This document shows, one piece after another, positions 50,115 through 60,176 of a stretch of DNA of 64,000 bases. Below the pieces are notes generated by a model. That model saw only the letters and a list, made by a program, of their open reading frames with translations. It did no database searches and was not told the DNA's origin. Source of the DNA: a virus. Its lineage: Duplodnaviria > Caudoviricetes. The position numbers and the translations under genes were made by a program. The stretch lies in the IMG/VR virus record IMGVR_UViG_3300035507_000332. One strand, 5' to 3'. Within the stretch, counting starts at the first letter, position 1, and every line of letters begins with the position of its first letter.

Positions 50115-50477
50115 TTACTTCAGCAGGCGGTTCACAAAGAGAGATGAACTAGTCAAGGTAACTGAGCCATGAAAGCGGTTTCTGTTCCAGGTGAGCTTCT
50201 TATCCGTTATCTCCTTTAGTTGGTTGAGGAGGTCATTGAGGAAAATCTCGTTCACCCTTCTTTCTTCAGCGTAGGCGAAGTTAACAGAGACTTGATAGAG
50301 GAATGCGCCTTCATCGGTTTCTAGCTCGAGAATCTCAATTGAGGTGATATCATCAAGGATTGAGTTTTCAACGGAGAATTGAGCCTTGAGGGTTGCTTTA
50401 TCAACGGCGGTTTCGATTTCATCGAACTGTTGAACGGCAATGGCGAGGGCGTCGTATTTGGTGGCGATATCTAACAT
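50115..50477 (-). CDS. early protein, paralog of 47040..47399
   Basis: Similar protein and GTTGTGAGAC leader. Confidence 0.8.
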   Translation of the reverse strand: MLDIATKYDALAIAVQQFDEIETAVDKATLKAQFSVENSILDDITSIEILELETDEGAFLYQVSVNFAYAEERRVNEIFLNDLLNQLKEITDKKLTWNRNRFHGSVTLTSSSLFVNRLLK

Positions 50478-50660
50478 GATTTGATTGATTGGGTTGGCGT
50501 TGTGAGTCTCACAACAGGGCGTATTATACAGCAGATTGTTTCCAGGGTCAAGAACTTTCTAGCATAAAGTGCAATATTTTTTTCAGGAGTGCGGATTTCT
50601 GAAAAGTGCCGTTGAATGAATCTGTGTCAAGTGAAAAGTTCAAGGGTGCGGAATTTTCCT

Positions 50661-50751
50661 AGTTCAACTGTCTAGTTCAATTGTCTGATTCAACTTCATA
50701 GTTCAATTGAGCAGTTCAACTAGCTAGTTCAACTAAGCAGTTGAAGTCTAG
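50661..50751. repeat. 13-bp-period array of AGTTCAA(C/T)T x7
   Basis: Shorter arrays at ~46044-46091 and ~49281-49340. Confidence 0.9.
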
Positions 50752-50846
50752 GCAAAGAAAAACTTCTTGACAATGGTTCAAGCTTTAGGCTGATCAGCTA
50801 CAGCTAGGCACAAAAAACCCCATCCCTTAGGGGTGGGGTTGGGGGT

Positions 50847-51221
50847 TTAGCGGTTGGTTGGGATTCTGTCCCACTTCAGTTTCAAGAACTGTTTCCTTAC
50901 TTCCTTGAAGAACTCAATAAAGGCTTGAGAATCGGCTAGGTTGATGAATCTGTCTTGTCGGTCATTGCGTGTCCAGGTGAACTTGGAACTCATGACTTCT
51001 TGCCCTTCTTGGTTTACCAAGGCGAACTCAAAAGCGTCAATCTCTCTTCTGAACTTGAAGCATTGCAAGCGGTTCAGCTTGATTGAGGCGGTTTCAGCTG
51101 AAATCACAAACCAAGCTTGGGGGTGATTCCACTTGATAATGCCGTCCAAGTCCTTCTGAAGCTGATCAGCGTCATTCTTAAGGCACTTGGCGATATAGGA
51201 ACGAGAATAGGAATCTCTCAT
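50847..51221 (-). CDS. early protein, paralog of 47702..48100
   Basis: Complete cassette. Confidence 0.8.
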   Translation of the reverse strand: MRDSYSRSYIAKCLKNDADQLQKDLDGIIKWNHPQAWFVISAETASIKLNRLQCFKFRREIDAFEFALVNQEGQEVMSSKFTWTRNDRQDRFINLADSQAFIEFFKEVRKQFLKLKWDRIPTNR

Positions 51222-51457
51222 AGTATCTAACAGTTGGGATTGGGAGCAGGCGAAAGACTATCACCTGCGAACTGGGCTTATTATACAGCAGGAGCTTGCT
51301 AGAGTCAAGAAGTTTTTCAGAATTTTGTGCAACATTTATTTTTAGGTACAGCAGATGAATTCACTTGACAAGGGTTCAAGAAAATAGCTGATCAACCACG
51401 GCAAAGAAAAACTCCTAGGATTGCTCCTAGGAGTGGGGTTCGTTGTTGGTTGGCTAA

Positions 51458-51757
51458 TTATTCAGCAAGAGAAAACAAACAGTTCAAAACGGCAGTTTCT
51501 GCGCTTTCATCGAAGAACTCCAACTGTTCCAGGTCAAACTTCTTTAGCTTGGCGTTGGCTAGCTTCTTGAAGATTTTCTTCAGTCCTTCAGGCGTGCCTT
51601 CTTTCCACGTGACGGTCAAGGCGATATCAGCAGGAAATATGTTCAGCGTGCGGACTTTAGCTCTAATGGGTTCAGCAGTCTTTCCAAGTTCAGCGATGAG
51701 TTCATCCAGTTTAGAGGAAGCAAGGGCTACTGTGTGAGGGAAATCAGATACTTTCAT
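51458..51757 (-). CDS. early hypothetical protein
   Basis: Start moved to MKVSDF. Confidence 0.7.
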   Translation of the reverse strand: MKVSDFPHTVALASSKLDELIAELGKTAEPIRAKVRTLNIFPADIALTVTWKEGTPEGLKKIFKKLANAKLKKFDLEQLEFFDESAETAVLNCLFSLAE

Positions 51758-51872
51758 TTTAGATTCTGGTTGGGGGTTGGTCTGTGGGGTTGTGGGCTTG
51801 ATGATGTAATACATGCTTGAGGATTGTTCTCCCTTGGCTGATCATTGATCAGCCAAGGGGTTGTGTTGCTTC

Positions 51873-52265
51873 TTAGTCACCATAGCAGAACACGCCGAAG
51901 GTGTGCTTCTTCTCCTTGTGTTCTAACTTCTGGAACTTGTAGGCTTCCTTCTCGGTGAGTTCGTCAAGGAGTCCAGAAGCCTTGATTGTAGCTAGGAAGG
52001 TGTACGTTTCCTTGTGGGTGCTGTAGGAATAACCGCCTGTCAAGTCTTTTTTGACTACGAAAACAGGGTTCTTACGTGCGGACTTGGCATAGCTGATTTT
52101 CACGATCAGGCTTGAGCCAAGGCGGAGGAACTGAAGCTTCTTTACAGCGTTGAGGTCAAAATAATCTGCCTTGGTGCAGAGGAGTTCGCAGATTTCGTCG
52201 GTGATGAGACGATTGCGGAGGATGAGCGATTGAAGGCTCACGGTTTCAGGCTTGCGGTTTTGCAT
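51873..52265 (-). CDS. early hypothetical protein
   Basis: Start moved to MQNRKP. Confidence 0.75.
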   Translation of the reverse strand: MQNRKPETVSLQSLILRNRLITDEICELLCTKADYFDLNAVKKLQFLRLGSSLIVKISYAKSARKNPVFVVKKDLTGGYSYSTHKETYTFLATIKASGLLDELTEKEAYKFQKLEHKEKKHTFGVFCYGD

Positions 52266-52414
52266 GGTCTTATGGGGTTGATTTGGTTGGCGTTCCATCC
52301 AGTGGGAACAGGCGTATTATATAACAGAGTGACTACAGAGTCAAGAATTTTTTAGAATAAAGTTGAAAGTTTTTCCCTACCCCCATTTCTGGGGGTAGGT
52401 CATTATTTACTTAC

Positions 52415-52810
52415 TTAGCACAGAAGATGAGCAATACAGAAGTCTTTCTCTAATCCCTTGGCTGTATCCTTGAGGAACTCAGCAGGTTCTGAAAGCTTCT
52501 GTTCAAGGGCGGTTCTGGCGTTGTTGTAGAGAGCCTTGAGGAATACGTACTTGGTTACCTTCTCACCTTCAGAAAGAGTTCTGAAGCTGTAGGAGAACTG
52601 TTCCTTGAGGTTGGCAGGGAGCTTTGCAATTGACTTGTCAAGAGTTTCTTGCATTGAGGCTACCGTGTCGGCATGGGTGCGATCTCCGCCGAACGTTGCG
52701 TTCCCTTGGCGTGTAAGGTGGGCGATGTAGAGGTAGGCGTTGGCTACTTCATAAGTTACCCAATCGGCTACCTTGGTTGAGCCGAACAGTGATGAGGTTG
52801 TGAGGCACAT
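52415..52810 (-). CDS. early hypothetical protein
   Basis: Complete cassette. Confidence 0.8.
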   Translation of the reverse strand: MCLTTSSLFGSTKVADWVTYEVANAYLYIAHLTRQGNATFGGDRTHADTVASMQETLDKSIAKLPANLKEQFSYSFRTLSEGEKVTKYVFLKALYNNARTALEQKLSEPAEFLKDTAKGLEKDFCIAHLLC

Positions 52811-53177
52811 AATTGTTGTTCTTTTGGTTTGGCGTTGTGGCGAAGTCCTATCACCTGCAACGTGCCCATATTATACAGCAGGAGCTTGCGAAGGTCAAGG
52901 AGTTTTTTTGAAAATTTCATAAGATTTTTTCAGCGGATATTGTGAGGGTGTGTCAAGTGAAATTTTTGGTGGCAGAAGTGAGGGCTTCAGCAGAAGCTTG
53001 TCAAGAGAAATTTTTGGGGGTGAAAACAGGGGTTTCTGGGAATACGTGTCAAGAAGAATTTTCAGTGGGCTGATCAGCGCAAAAGTTGGTTTCTGCGGAT
53101 ACTGTGTCAAGAGAAAAGTTTCTGGTGAGGACACAAAAAAAACCCCTTGACAACTGCCAAGGGGTGAGGGTCATTTT

Positions 53178-53501
53178 TTAGCTTAGTTGCTCATAACAGA
53201 ATTGAGCGTGTACCAAGGTTAGGAATCGGCTTGCCGTTGCTCTATCTTCTGGCGTCAGTTTCTCCTTGTTCCAGAGGTTGGGAAACTCTTGGCGGATGTG
53301 ATTGTAGTAAGCCAAGCAATCATCTGTAAAGGTGAATCCATAGATGAAGCTCTCGAACTTCTGAAGACTGTAGCCAAGCTCCTTGGGGGTTGTCTCGAAG
53401 CACCCCTTGCCGTCGAGGAGAGAGATAGTTCTCAGGAGGTCATCAGCGATTGCTTGCTTCAGTTCTCGGCTTGATTTTAGCGTCTGTGGATTGTTGCTCA
53501 T
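53178..53501 (-). CDS. early hypothetical protein
   Basis: Start moved to MSNNPQ. Confidence 0.75.
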   Translation of the reverse strand: MSNNPQTLKSSRELKQAIADDLLRTISLLDGKGCFETTPKELGYSLQKFESFIYGFTFTDDCLAYYNHIRQEFPNLWNKEKLTPEDRATASRFLTLVHAQFCYEQLS

Positions 53502-53565
53502 AGTTTGTCTGATTGTTGAGGGTTGATCCAACCCCTTGGCTTGAAGCCAAGGGGTTGGGGGTTGA

Positions 53566-53925
53566 TCAGCGGATTCTCACGAAGTCGAGGTGCTTAGCAA
53601 TTGCGAGTGCGAGGTCTTCCAAGCCTTTCAAGTTTTGAGGGGTGAACTTGTGCTTCTTGGCGGTAGCGGTCAAGTACACCAACATTGAGAAAGAACGGCG
53701 AGCGTGTGCGATAGAAGAAACAGAGTTCTTTGAAGCATAGGAGGAGGTGATTCTCTGAATCTCAGGAAGCCACTTTTCAGCGTCTGCGGTAGCCTTGAAT
53801 TCAGCGATATCTTCTTGTGTCCACTGTTCCAAGAGTTGGCGGTTCGTCTTGGATTCACGGATTCTAGCGGATTCCATCTCCTTGATGAGGAGGGATTCAA
53901 TTTCTTTTCCAGTTGCGGTCAACAT
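53566..53925 (-). CDS. early hypothetical protein
   Basis: Own promoter and hairpin. Confidence 0.8.
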   Translation of the reverse strand: MLTATGKEIESLLIKEMESARIRESKTNRQLLEQWTQEDIAEFKATADAEKWLPEIQRITSSYASKNSVSSIAHARRSFSMLVYLTATAKKHKFTPQNLKGLEDLALAIAKHLDFVRIR

Positions 53926-54147
53926 AGCGGATTCTTTTTTGAGGTTAGAAGCAGGTGAACTATCACCTGCGAACTGGGGATATTATACAGCAGGTTGTTT
54001 CTAGAGTCAAGGGGTTTTTTTGAATTTTATTCAACTTTCTAGTTCAGCTCAAAAAACTGTTGACAACTGCCAATCTTTTGAACTGATCAGCTACAGGCGA
54101 GGGTACAAAAAAACCCCTTGGCTGATCAGCCAAGGGGTGAGGGTTGC

Positions 54148-54552
54148 TTAGTCAATGATTCCAAGCTCAACGGCAATGTCTTTAGCTTCTGCGATTGTGA
54201 ATTGCTTCAGCGCATAGGCTCTGATGAAAATCATCTTGCGGAGTTGCTTGAGGTTCTCAGGCGTGTATTCATTTTCCATGCACCATTGCGCCATGGGCTT
54301 ATAGAGTTGGTACTCTTTGCGGAATTGTGCTTCAGTGTCACGCTTAGCCCCGAACATTTCAAGGAGGTTCATCACTTCCTTTTGCCATTCTTGGTCAACC
54401 TTGGGCATCTCGTCGAGGGTGATTTTTGCGATCAAGCCCTTGAGGATTTGCTTGGTACTGATTGCCTTGTTAGATTCCTTGAGGAGCTTCAAGGTATCGA
54501 TGAGTTCTTTTTCAGCGAGGCGATCAGCTTTGGCGGATTCAACAGTCTTCAT
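54148..54552 (-). CDS. early hypothetical protein
   Basis: Complete cassette; TP.NLK.L shared with 53566..53925. Confidence 0.8.
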   Translation of the reverse strand: MKTVESAKADRLAEKELIDTLKLLKESNKAISTKQILKGLIAKITLDEMPKVDQEWQKEVMNLLEMFGAKRDTEAQFRKEYQLYKPMAQWCMENEYTPENLKQLRKMIFIRAYALKQFTIAEAKDIAVELGIID

Positions 54553-54930
54553 AGCGGATGATTGTTTTGGTTGTGGGTTGGCAAGTGAAACTCTATCACC
54601 TGCGAACTGCCCATATTATAACAGGGGTGCTTGTCGAAGTCAAGGGGTTTTTTGAAAAAACTACAAAATTATTTTCAGCACCCGATTTTCTAAATTGCAC
54701 CCCCAATTTTCAACCCACCCAATTATAGAAATGTCAAGGAGAATTTTTCACACCCCCATAAATGAAATGTCAAGCGGTTTTTTATTGCGCCCCGATTTTC
54801 CAACTTGTCAAGGAATTATTTTCAGGCGAGAGAATTCAGATCAGGCGAAGAATATTTCTTGACAAAAAAACAACCTGCGCCAGATCAGCGCAGGTTGTGG
54901 GGTTGGCGGTTGTTCAGTACAGCGGATTTC

Positions 54931-55680
54931 TTACTTCAGAACTCTTGACTTGTATTCACCAGTCAAGCGGTTTTGATTGTACCAGTGGTTCACGTTGAAG
55001 TTGTCAAGGCTCAGGGTGTGTTCCTTGGAAAACTTGCGAACTGGAAACTTGCCGTATCGACTTTCTCCCTTGTGGTTGATAACCCCTTGTGAAGCGAGAA
55101 TTTCCAGTGTCAAGGTAATTTCTTTGCTTCCTTGCGTTGTGGCGTTGTTCATGACTTCAGCAATCTTTGCCAGAATGGCGTTCACAGGGAAGCGTTCAAA
55201 ACTGTTCTTGACAATTGCGGAGGCGTCGCCGTACTGGACTCTCAGGCAGAAAGAAAAGTGTCCAAGTCCAAGTTCACGCAACTGTTCCTTGGCTAGCTTC
55301 AGCTCAAGCTGAACTTGTGTGCTAAAGTCACAGATGAATTTAGGACGCCAGTTTGTCAAACCGCCCATGATTTTAGCGTTGGCTTGGTCAACTTCAATTG
55401 CTTCTGGGTGTGAGCGCAGGTAGCGTTCCATCTCGAATCTGTCAAGGAATTTTTTGACAACTGGATTTCCTTTCTTGTCCAGAACTGGAATATTGTTTCT
55501 AAGGTCAAGTGTCCAGTAATACTTCTTACGACGAACAGGCGGAGAAAGTTTCTCAGCAGGTGAGGTCAAATCCTTTGCCGTTGTCAAGAGATTTTTTTTA
55601 GGAGCAGGTGAATCTGGAATCTCGAACTTGTCAGGGTGCGAGGTCATCAGGTCAAGAATATTGCGGTTGGGTGTGGTCAT
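54931..55680 (-). CDS. basic hypothetical protein
   Basis: Start moved to MTTPNR. Confidence 0.75.
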   Translation of the reverse strand: MTTPNRNILDLMTSHPDKFEIPDSPAPKKNLLTTAKDLTSPAEKLSPPVRRKKYYWTLDLRNNIPVLDKKGNPVVKKFLDRFEMERYLRSHPEAIEVDQANAKIMGGLTNWRPKFICDFSTQVQLELKLAKEQLRELGLGHFSFCLRVQYGDASAIVKNSFERFPVNAILAKIAEVMNNATTQGSKEITLTLEILASQGVINHKGESRYGKFPVRKFSKEHTLSLDNFNVNHWYNQNRLTGEYKSRVLK

Positions 55681-55708
55681 TGTGGTTGGTTGGTTAGAAG
55701 TTGGTGAA

Positions 55709-56506
55709 TCAGCGGTTGTTCTTCTTGAGGTTGGCGAAGTGGCGGAAGTACAGCATTTCTTGCTCATCTCGTATGTGCCAATTGCGCAGAATAGCCTTGT
55801 CTCGTTTGTATCCGTGCGAGGAGTAACAGTAGGCTTCAAGTGCGTAGGTCAGTTCACGGAGGGGCTCACAGTTGGCGAGGTTGATTCTAGTTCCTTGGTA
55901 CTGGGGCAGATCAGCCCTTACGATGTGGATTTCTGAAGCGCAGGGAACGAAGTCTAGGGATTCTAGTCTCTCAGGGTGTAGTTCATCTTTCAATTTGCGC
56001 AGTGGGCGTTCAGCGTCTGCCAACTGAAATTCTAAACCTTGGTTGTGGTAGCCCATTGAGGAGAATTCAGGGATTTCTAGCAGTGCGTTCAAATTCTCTT
56101 CAAAGCTCAGTCCAAAACAGAAAGCCCTTCTGTCCAGATTGTCGCAACGGTAGACAATTGTTTCTGGATTGCCGTCTTCAACGTAGCGGTACAGATCAGC
56201 GTCAGGGTTGAATGTCAAGAGAATTCTGTTCACCAGTCCGAAAAACTGTTGTGCCTTCTCAGGAGTACCAAGACAAGTTAGGCAGGCTAGTTCAGCAGGG
56301 GTGCGATCAGCGTTTCTCAGTACAGCGGAGTTTCTGCCGTTGTCTTCAGCGTTCAACCAGTCAAGCATTTCTCCTTCAAAACCCCATGCGTCTTTTCTGT
56401 CTTTGTCGAGGTGTACCAAGCGGTACTTGTCAAGCAAAAACTTCTGTTCTTCTGGGGTGAGGTCATGGACTGATTCCAGTTCAGCGAGTGCGGTTTCTTT
56501 TCTCAT
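55709..56506 (-). CDS. hypothetical protein
   Basis: 265 aa behind TTGACA-16-TATAAT. Confidence 0.8.
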   Translation of the reverse strand: MRKETALAELESVHDLTPEEQKFLLDKYRLVHLDKDRKDAWGFEGEMLDWLNAEDNGRNSAVLRNADRTPAELACLTCLGTPEKAQQFFGLVNRILLTFNPDADLYRYVEDGNPETIVYRCDNLDRRAFCFGLSFEENLNALLEIPEFSSMGYHNQGLEFQLADAERPLRKLKDELHPERLESLDFVPCASEIHIVRADLPQYQGTRINLANCEPLRELTYALEAYCYSSHGYKRDKAILRNWHIRDEQEMLYFRHFANLKKNNR

Positions 56507-56650
56507 AGCGGTTGATTTGTGCCACTCATTATAAGAATAAAATTCAAAATGTCAACAACAAAATGATAATTTTTCAGAAAACCGCAGTCGGCGGTATCGA
56601 AGAACGGCACAGATCAACAACGTCAGAAATTTCTTTTCCCCACAGGTCAA

Positions 56651-56837
56651 GAATTCCCTGCAAATTTTTATGCGCCCAAATAGAGGCAAAAACCCCTGGG
56701 AATTTTTAGAAAGCCCAAATACAGTACACGTGCGCCGTGCGCACGTGATGAAAAGGGAGGTGCGTATATAGTAGGGGGTGGGTGCGCTCGGTCGGGGTCG
56801 GGTCGGGGCTGTTTATAAAATTTTATAAAAATTTTAT
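56651..56837. repeat. boundary element copy + TTTATAAAATTTTATAAA palindrome
   Basis: Matches 42582-42690. Confidence 0.9.
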
Positions 56838-57004
56838 GTGCGAGGTGTTCGAGCTGACAAGTTGATAAAGTGCATTACTCACTCACTCGGTTGATTCACT
56901 TCCTGACGTCATTTTGTGGCTTCAGTTTGTGGCGTCATTTTGTTTCCTGATGAAGTCATGCGGTATTTCCTGACGTCATTTTGTGGCACGTCATTTTGCG
57001 GTAT

Positions 57005-57020
57005 TGTTCCACGTGGAACA
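57005..57020. promoter_or_regulatory. parS site (ParB-binding palindrome)
   Basis: TGTTCCACGTGGAACA, perfect 16-bp palindrome. Confidence 0.85.
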
Positions 57021-57600
57021 TTCAATTTTTAGAGCGTGGAATTTTTTGCTTGACGTGGTGAGTATTTTGTGCGTACCGTGTTTTCTTCCTTTCGTCATTT
57101 TGTGGGGAAGCTGTCAAGTGAATTCGTCATTCAGGCGTGAAAAAATTATTTTGCGCAATGACATAAAAAACTATTGACAACTTGAAAGAAAAATGCTTCA
57201 CGTGCGCACGTGCGAGCTTGCAGCACGGCTCGAAAATCGAAATTTTGGCACTGTCTGACGTCACCAGATTGTCACCACAATTGAACGGTTGATGTGTCGA
57301 TTGATTGCACGCTTGCGTGCGTGCGTATGCGTGCGTACGTGCATGATTGCGCACGTGCATGATTGCGCACGTGAGAGAGTCCCCAGATAGAATCCCAGAA
57401 TAGCACCTTGGAACTAGATTGCCATCATTTGCCCCAGAATTGCCCTTAAATCATGCCCTTACTGTCCACGTGGGCACTTACTAAGCCCAGACGTCAAAAC
57501 GAGCTTCTAGGGGCATTTTTGGGGCATTTTGCATTTTGGGCGTTATCTGAGGGCAAAAAAAATACCCCTCGGATTTCTCCGAGGGGTGAGGGGTGAGGGT

Positions 57601-58035
57601 TTATTTCTCGAACTTTTCAATAGCTAGCTTGATTCGTTGCAAGTCCGTATCTTCTCCCCAGGATTCGTTGTAGATCTCATAGGGTGAGTCGGATTCGTAC
57701 CATCTTTCTTCCCCTTCTCCGTAGGCATAGGATACGTAGCACGTGTCGTCATAGTATCTGTTGCTTTCTTCGTTAACGCTCGAGAGCCATTCAAGTTCCT
57801 TGTCGTCTTCTTCGTTTGCGCCCATGAGGTGGAAGCACTTTACGATGTCGGCGAACTTGTTGTAGATGTCCTTGAGTTCGTCAGCTGTAAGCTCTTCGTT
57901 GTCAAGGATGAAGTCTGCCATCTCGTTGACTTTATCGGCTTGCTCTTCGTTCGTCTTCTTGCTATTGCAAGCGTAGGCGAAAGCGTCAAGGATGAGGTCT
58001 CGGAGGTCGGCGGTGTAGGATTCGGATTCGTTCAT
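57601..58035 (-). CDS. highly acidic early protein
   Basis: Start moved to MNESES; very D/E rich. Confidence 0.8.
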   Translation of the reverse strand: MNESESYTADLRDLILDAFAYACNSKKTNEEQADKVNEMADFILDNEELTADELKDIYNKFADIVKCFHLMGANEEDDKELEWLSSVNEESNRYYDDTCYVSYAYGEGEERWYESDSPYEIYNESWGEDTDLQRIKLAIEKFEK

Positions 58036-58338
58036 AATTCGTGTGCCCTTGTTCGTGGGCGATGGGCATATTATAAGCGATTCCAGTGTTTCAGTCAATA
58101 ACTTTTTAGTATTTTCTACAACTTTTTTTTGTGAGGGTGCGGAATCCCTTATTTTTCAAGGGTTTAAGGGCACGAAATTTTTTGAGGGGTATTTCTCAAA
58201 TTACCCCAGAACTGCCCTTGATGGGGGTATTTATCGAACTGATGGCAATCTTTCCAGGGGTGCGGAATAACGCTCCTATTGATGAATTTCAGGGCAAAAA
58301 AATACCCCTTAGGGATTGCTCCCTAAGGGGTTGAATAT

Positions 58339-58779
58339 TTAGGCGATAGGTAGTTGGGCAAGTCGTCCGTTCACCTTTGCAGGGATGAGTTTCTTGCCGT
58401 TGTATTTGTCAAGCGGAAAGATTCTATCTGGCTTCTCGATATCGATTTTCTTAGTAGTTCCAAACGCTGTAAAGCGGTATTTGTAAATCCAAGAACATCC
58501 CTGAAACTCCTTGCCTAATTTTGTTTCTGGCATGTCGTATTCCATGCGGTGGATGAGGTCGTTATCATCCGCCATATAAACCACAATACAGCGTTTTTCG
58601 GTGTCGTATTCTCCGCTTTCACAGAAGAAATAGGAACAAGTCTTAGACTTAGTTTTGACCGTCCTTGAGCTGATGGCGATATTCCAACGGTAACGCTTGC
58701 CGTTGATAATGACGTTCTGAAAAACAGCGGTATCCCCTAGGGAATATTCGATTTTCTGGATGGTGTAGGAGCGCAACAT
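58339..58779 (-). CDS. early hypothetical protein
   Basis: Complete cassette. Confidence 0.8.
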   Translation of the reverse strand: MLRSYTIQKIEYSLGDTAVFQNVIINGKRYRWNIAISSRTVKTKSKTCSYFFCESGEYDTEKRCIVVYMADDNDLIHRMEYDMPETKLGKEFQGCSWIYKYRFTAFGTTKKIDIEKPDRIFPLDKYNGKKLIPAKVNGRLAQLPIA

Positions 58780-58957
58780 AGCGTTATTTCTTTTTGTGGT
58801 GATGAGGGAGCAACTTGTTCCCTCGTGACGTGCATAATTATATCAAAATGACTCACCAAGTCAACACAAAATTGAAAAAAGTGCAATTTAGCATTTTAGG
58901 CTTGACTTAGGGTAAAAAATACCCCTGAGGATTGCTCCCCAGGGGTGAATCTGTTGG

Positions 58958-59284
58958 TTAGTCGTTGGTCTCGAAATCCGAGGATATCCAGTGGGATTCT
59001 CCCTTATACCCAGGGGTGAATGGGAATCCATAGGAGAAGTTGACCCCCAGGGATAACGCTTGCTCGTGGATGGGGTTGATGAGGAGCTTCTCAAACTTCT
59101 CTACCTCTGCCGTGTCGTCCTTGGTGACTCCGTGCCAGAAGTAAACCGCCTTGCCGTTTACCGTGCTCATCTGTAGGGTTAATTCAGCGGTATTGCTGAG
59201 TTGATTGCGGACTTCGCAAAGCTGATTCGTAACTATTGCGCAGAGCTTCTTGAGGGTGTCGGTGGTGACTGAGTGCTTAGCCAT
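58958..59284 (-). CDS. early hypothetical protein
   Basis: Start moved to MAKHSV. Confidence 0.75.
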   Translation of the reverse strand: MAKHSVTTDTLKKLCAIVTNQLCEVRNQLSNTAELTLQMSTVNGKAVYFWHGVTKDDTAEVEKFEKLLINPIHEQALSLGVNFSYGFPFTPGYKGESHWISSDFETND

Positions 59285-59467
59285 GATGTGCGGAATTGAT
59301 TGTTGAATGCCCGATCTCGTGGGCGATGGGCGTATTATAGCGGAAGTCGTCCCCAGTGTCAACAACAAACTAGAAAAAAGTGCAATATTTGTTCTCTGAC
59401 GGCAAAAAAAGCATCCCCAGGGATTGCTCCCCAGGGACTTGAATTTTTAGGCTTGACAAGTTCGCTA

Positions 59468-59725
59468 TTACTTGCGCTTGGTGAATTTATAGATGGTATA
59501 GAATAACCATTCTTCTTTGATGTCACCCAGTGCGATGTTCTTTGGAGCACGTCCAGGAAATACCGAGAATGGAATTTTAGCCTTGACTTCCCAGATTTCA
59601 CCGTCCTGAGTTTCAACCCACCATCTGTAGAGGTGCGCCTGGTTGGCATCATCACGGAAAAACCAGCGTGCGTTTTCATTGATAGGTGACGAGATAGCCA
59701 GAATTTCGTAGTCGCTAGCGTCCAT
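59468..59725 (-). CDS. early hypothetical protein
   Basis: Start moved to MDASDY. Confidence 0.75.
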   Translation of the reverse strand: MDASDYEILAISSPINENARWFFRDDANQAHLYRWWVETQDGEIWEVKAKIPFSVFPGRAPKNIALGDIKEEWLFYTIYKFTKRK

Positions 59726-59920
59726 AGGATTGTTTCTTTTCTTCTTGTTTGGCGATGAGGGAAACACCGTGTCTCGCTCAATCACGTGCCATATTATACC
59801 CAGATTTTATGCCGTGTCAACAAAAAAAATGAAAAAAGTACAATATCCATTTTCTGACTTGACAAGATACTAGAAAAGTGCGTGCGGAAAAATACCCCTG
59901 CCGTGGAACTATTCCATCAG

Positions 59921-59936
59921 TGTTCCACGTGGAACA
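59921..59936. promoter_or_regulatory. parS site
   Basis: Second TGTTCCACGTGGAACA. Confidence 0.85.
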
Positions 59937-60176
59937 ATTTTGTCGGCGTGTCGTGCCTTCCTGTCCGTGCGTGTCCGTCCTGCCCTGCCACATCATCCAC
60001 CCATTATGCAAAAAATGATGTACCACAAAACACTGACCCATTACCTAAAATCAACACCCAATTTTTCAACTGCCCCATTACCGAAATGCAAGCTCTAATT
60101 TTTCAAAATGCGCACTCATTTTTGAACTCCGAGATATCTTGAGTTGAGAACCCGATTTTTGAATTCCGAGGGCGAT

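Larger units (their letters stand above)
43362..59820 (-). promoter_or_regulatory. series of ~19 near-consensus sigma70 early promoters
   Basis: TTGAC(T/C/G/A)-~17-TATAAT with -10 near 43362, 44094, 45764, 46723, 47461, 48162, 49193, 49869, 50523, 51280, 52316, 52870, 53982, 54615, 56528, 58070, 58836, 59333, 59791. Confidence 0.9.

Noticed and set aside
47400-59368. Long N-terminal extensions in the ORF track (e.g. 47489, 49221, 58098, 59368)
   Set aside because: They start at or beside the -35 TTG and run through the promoter
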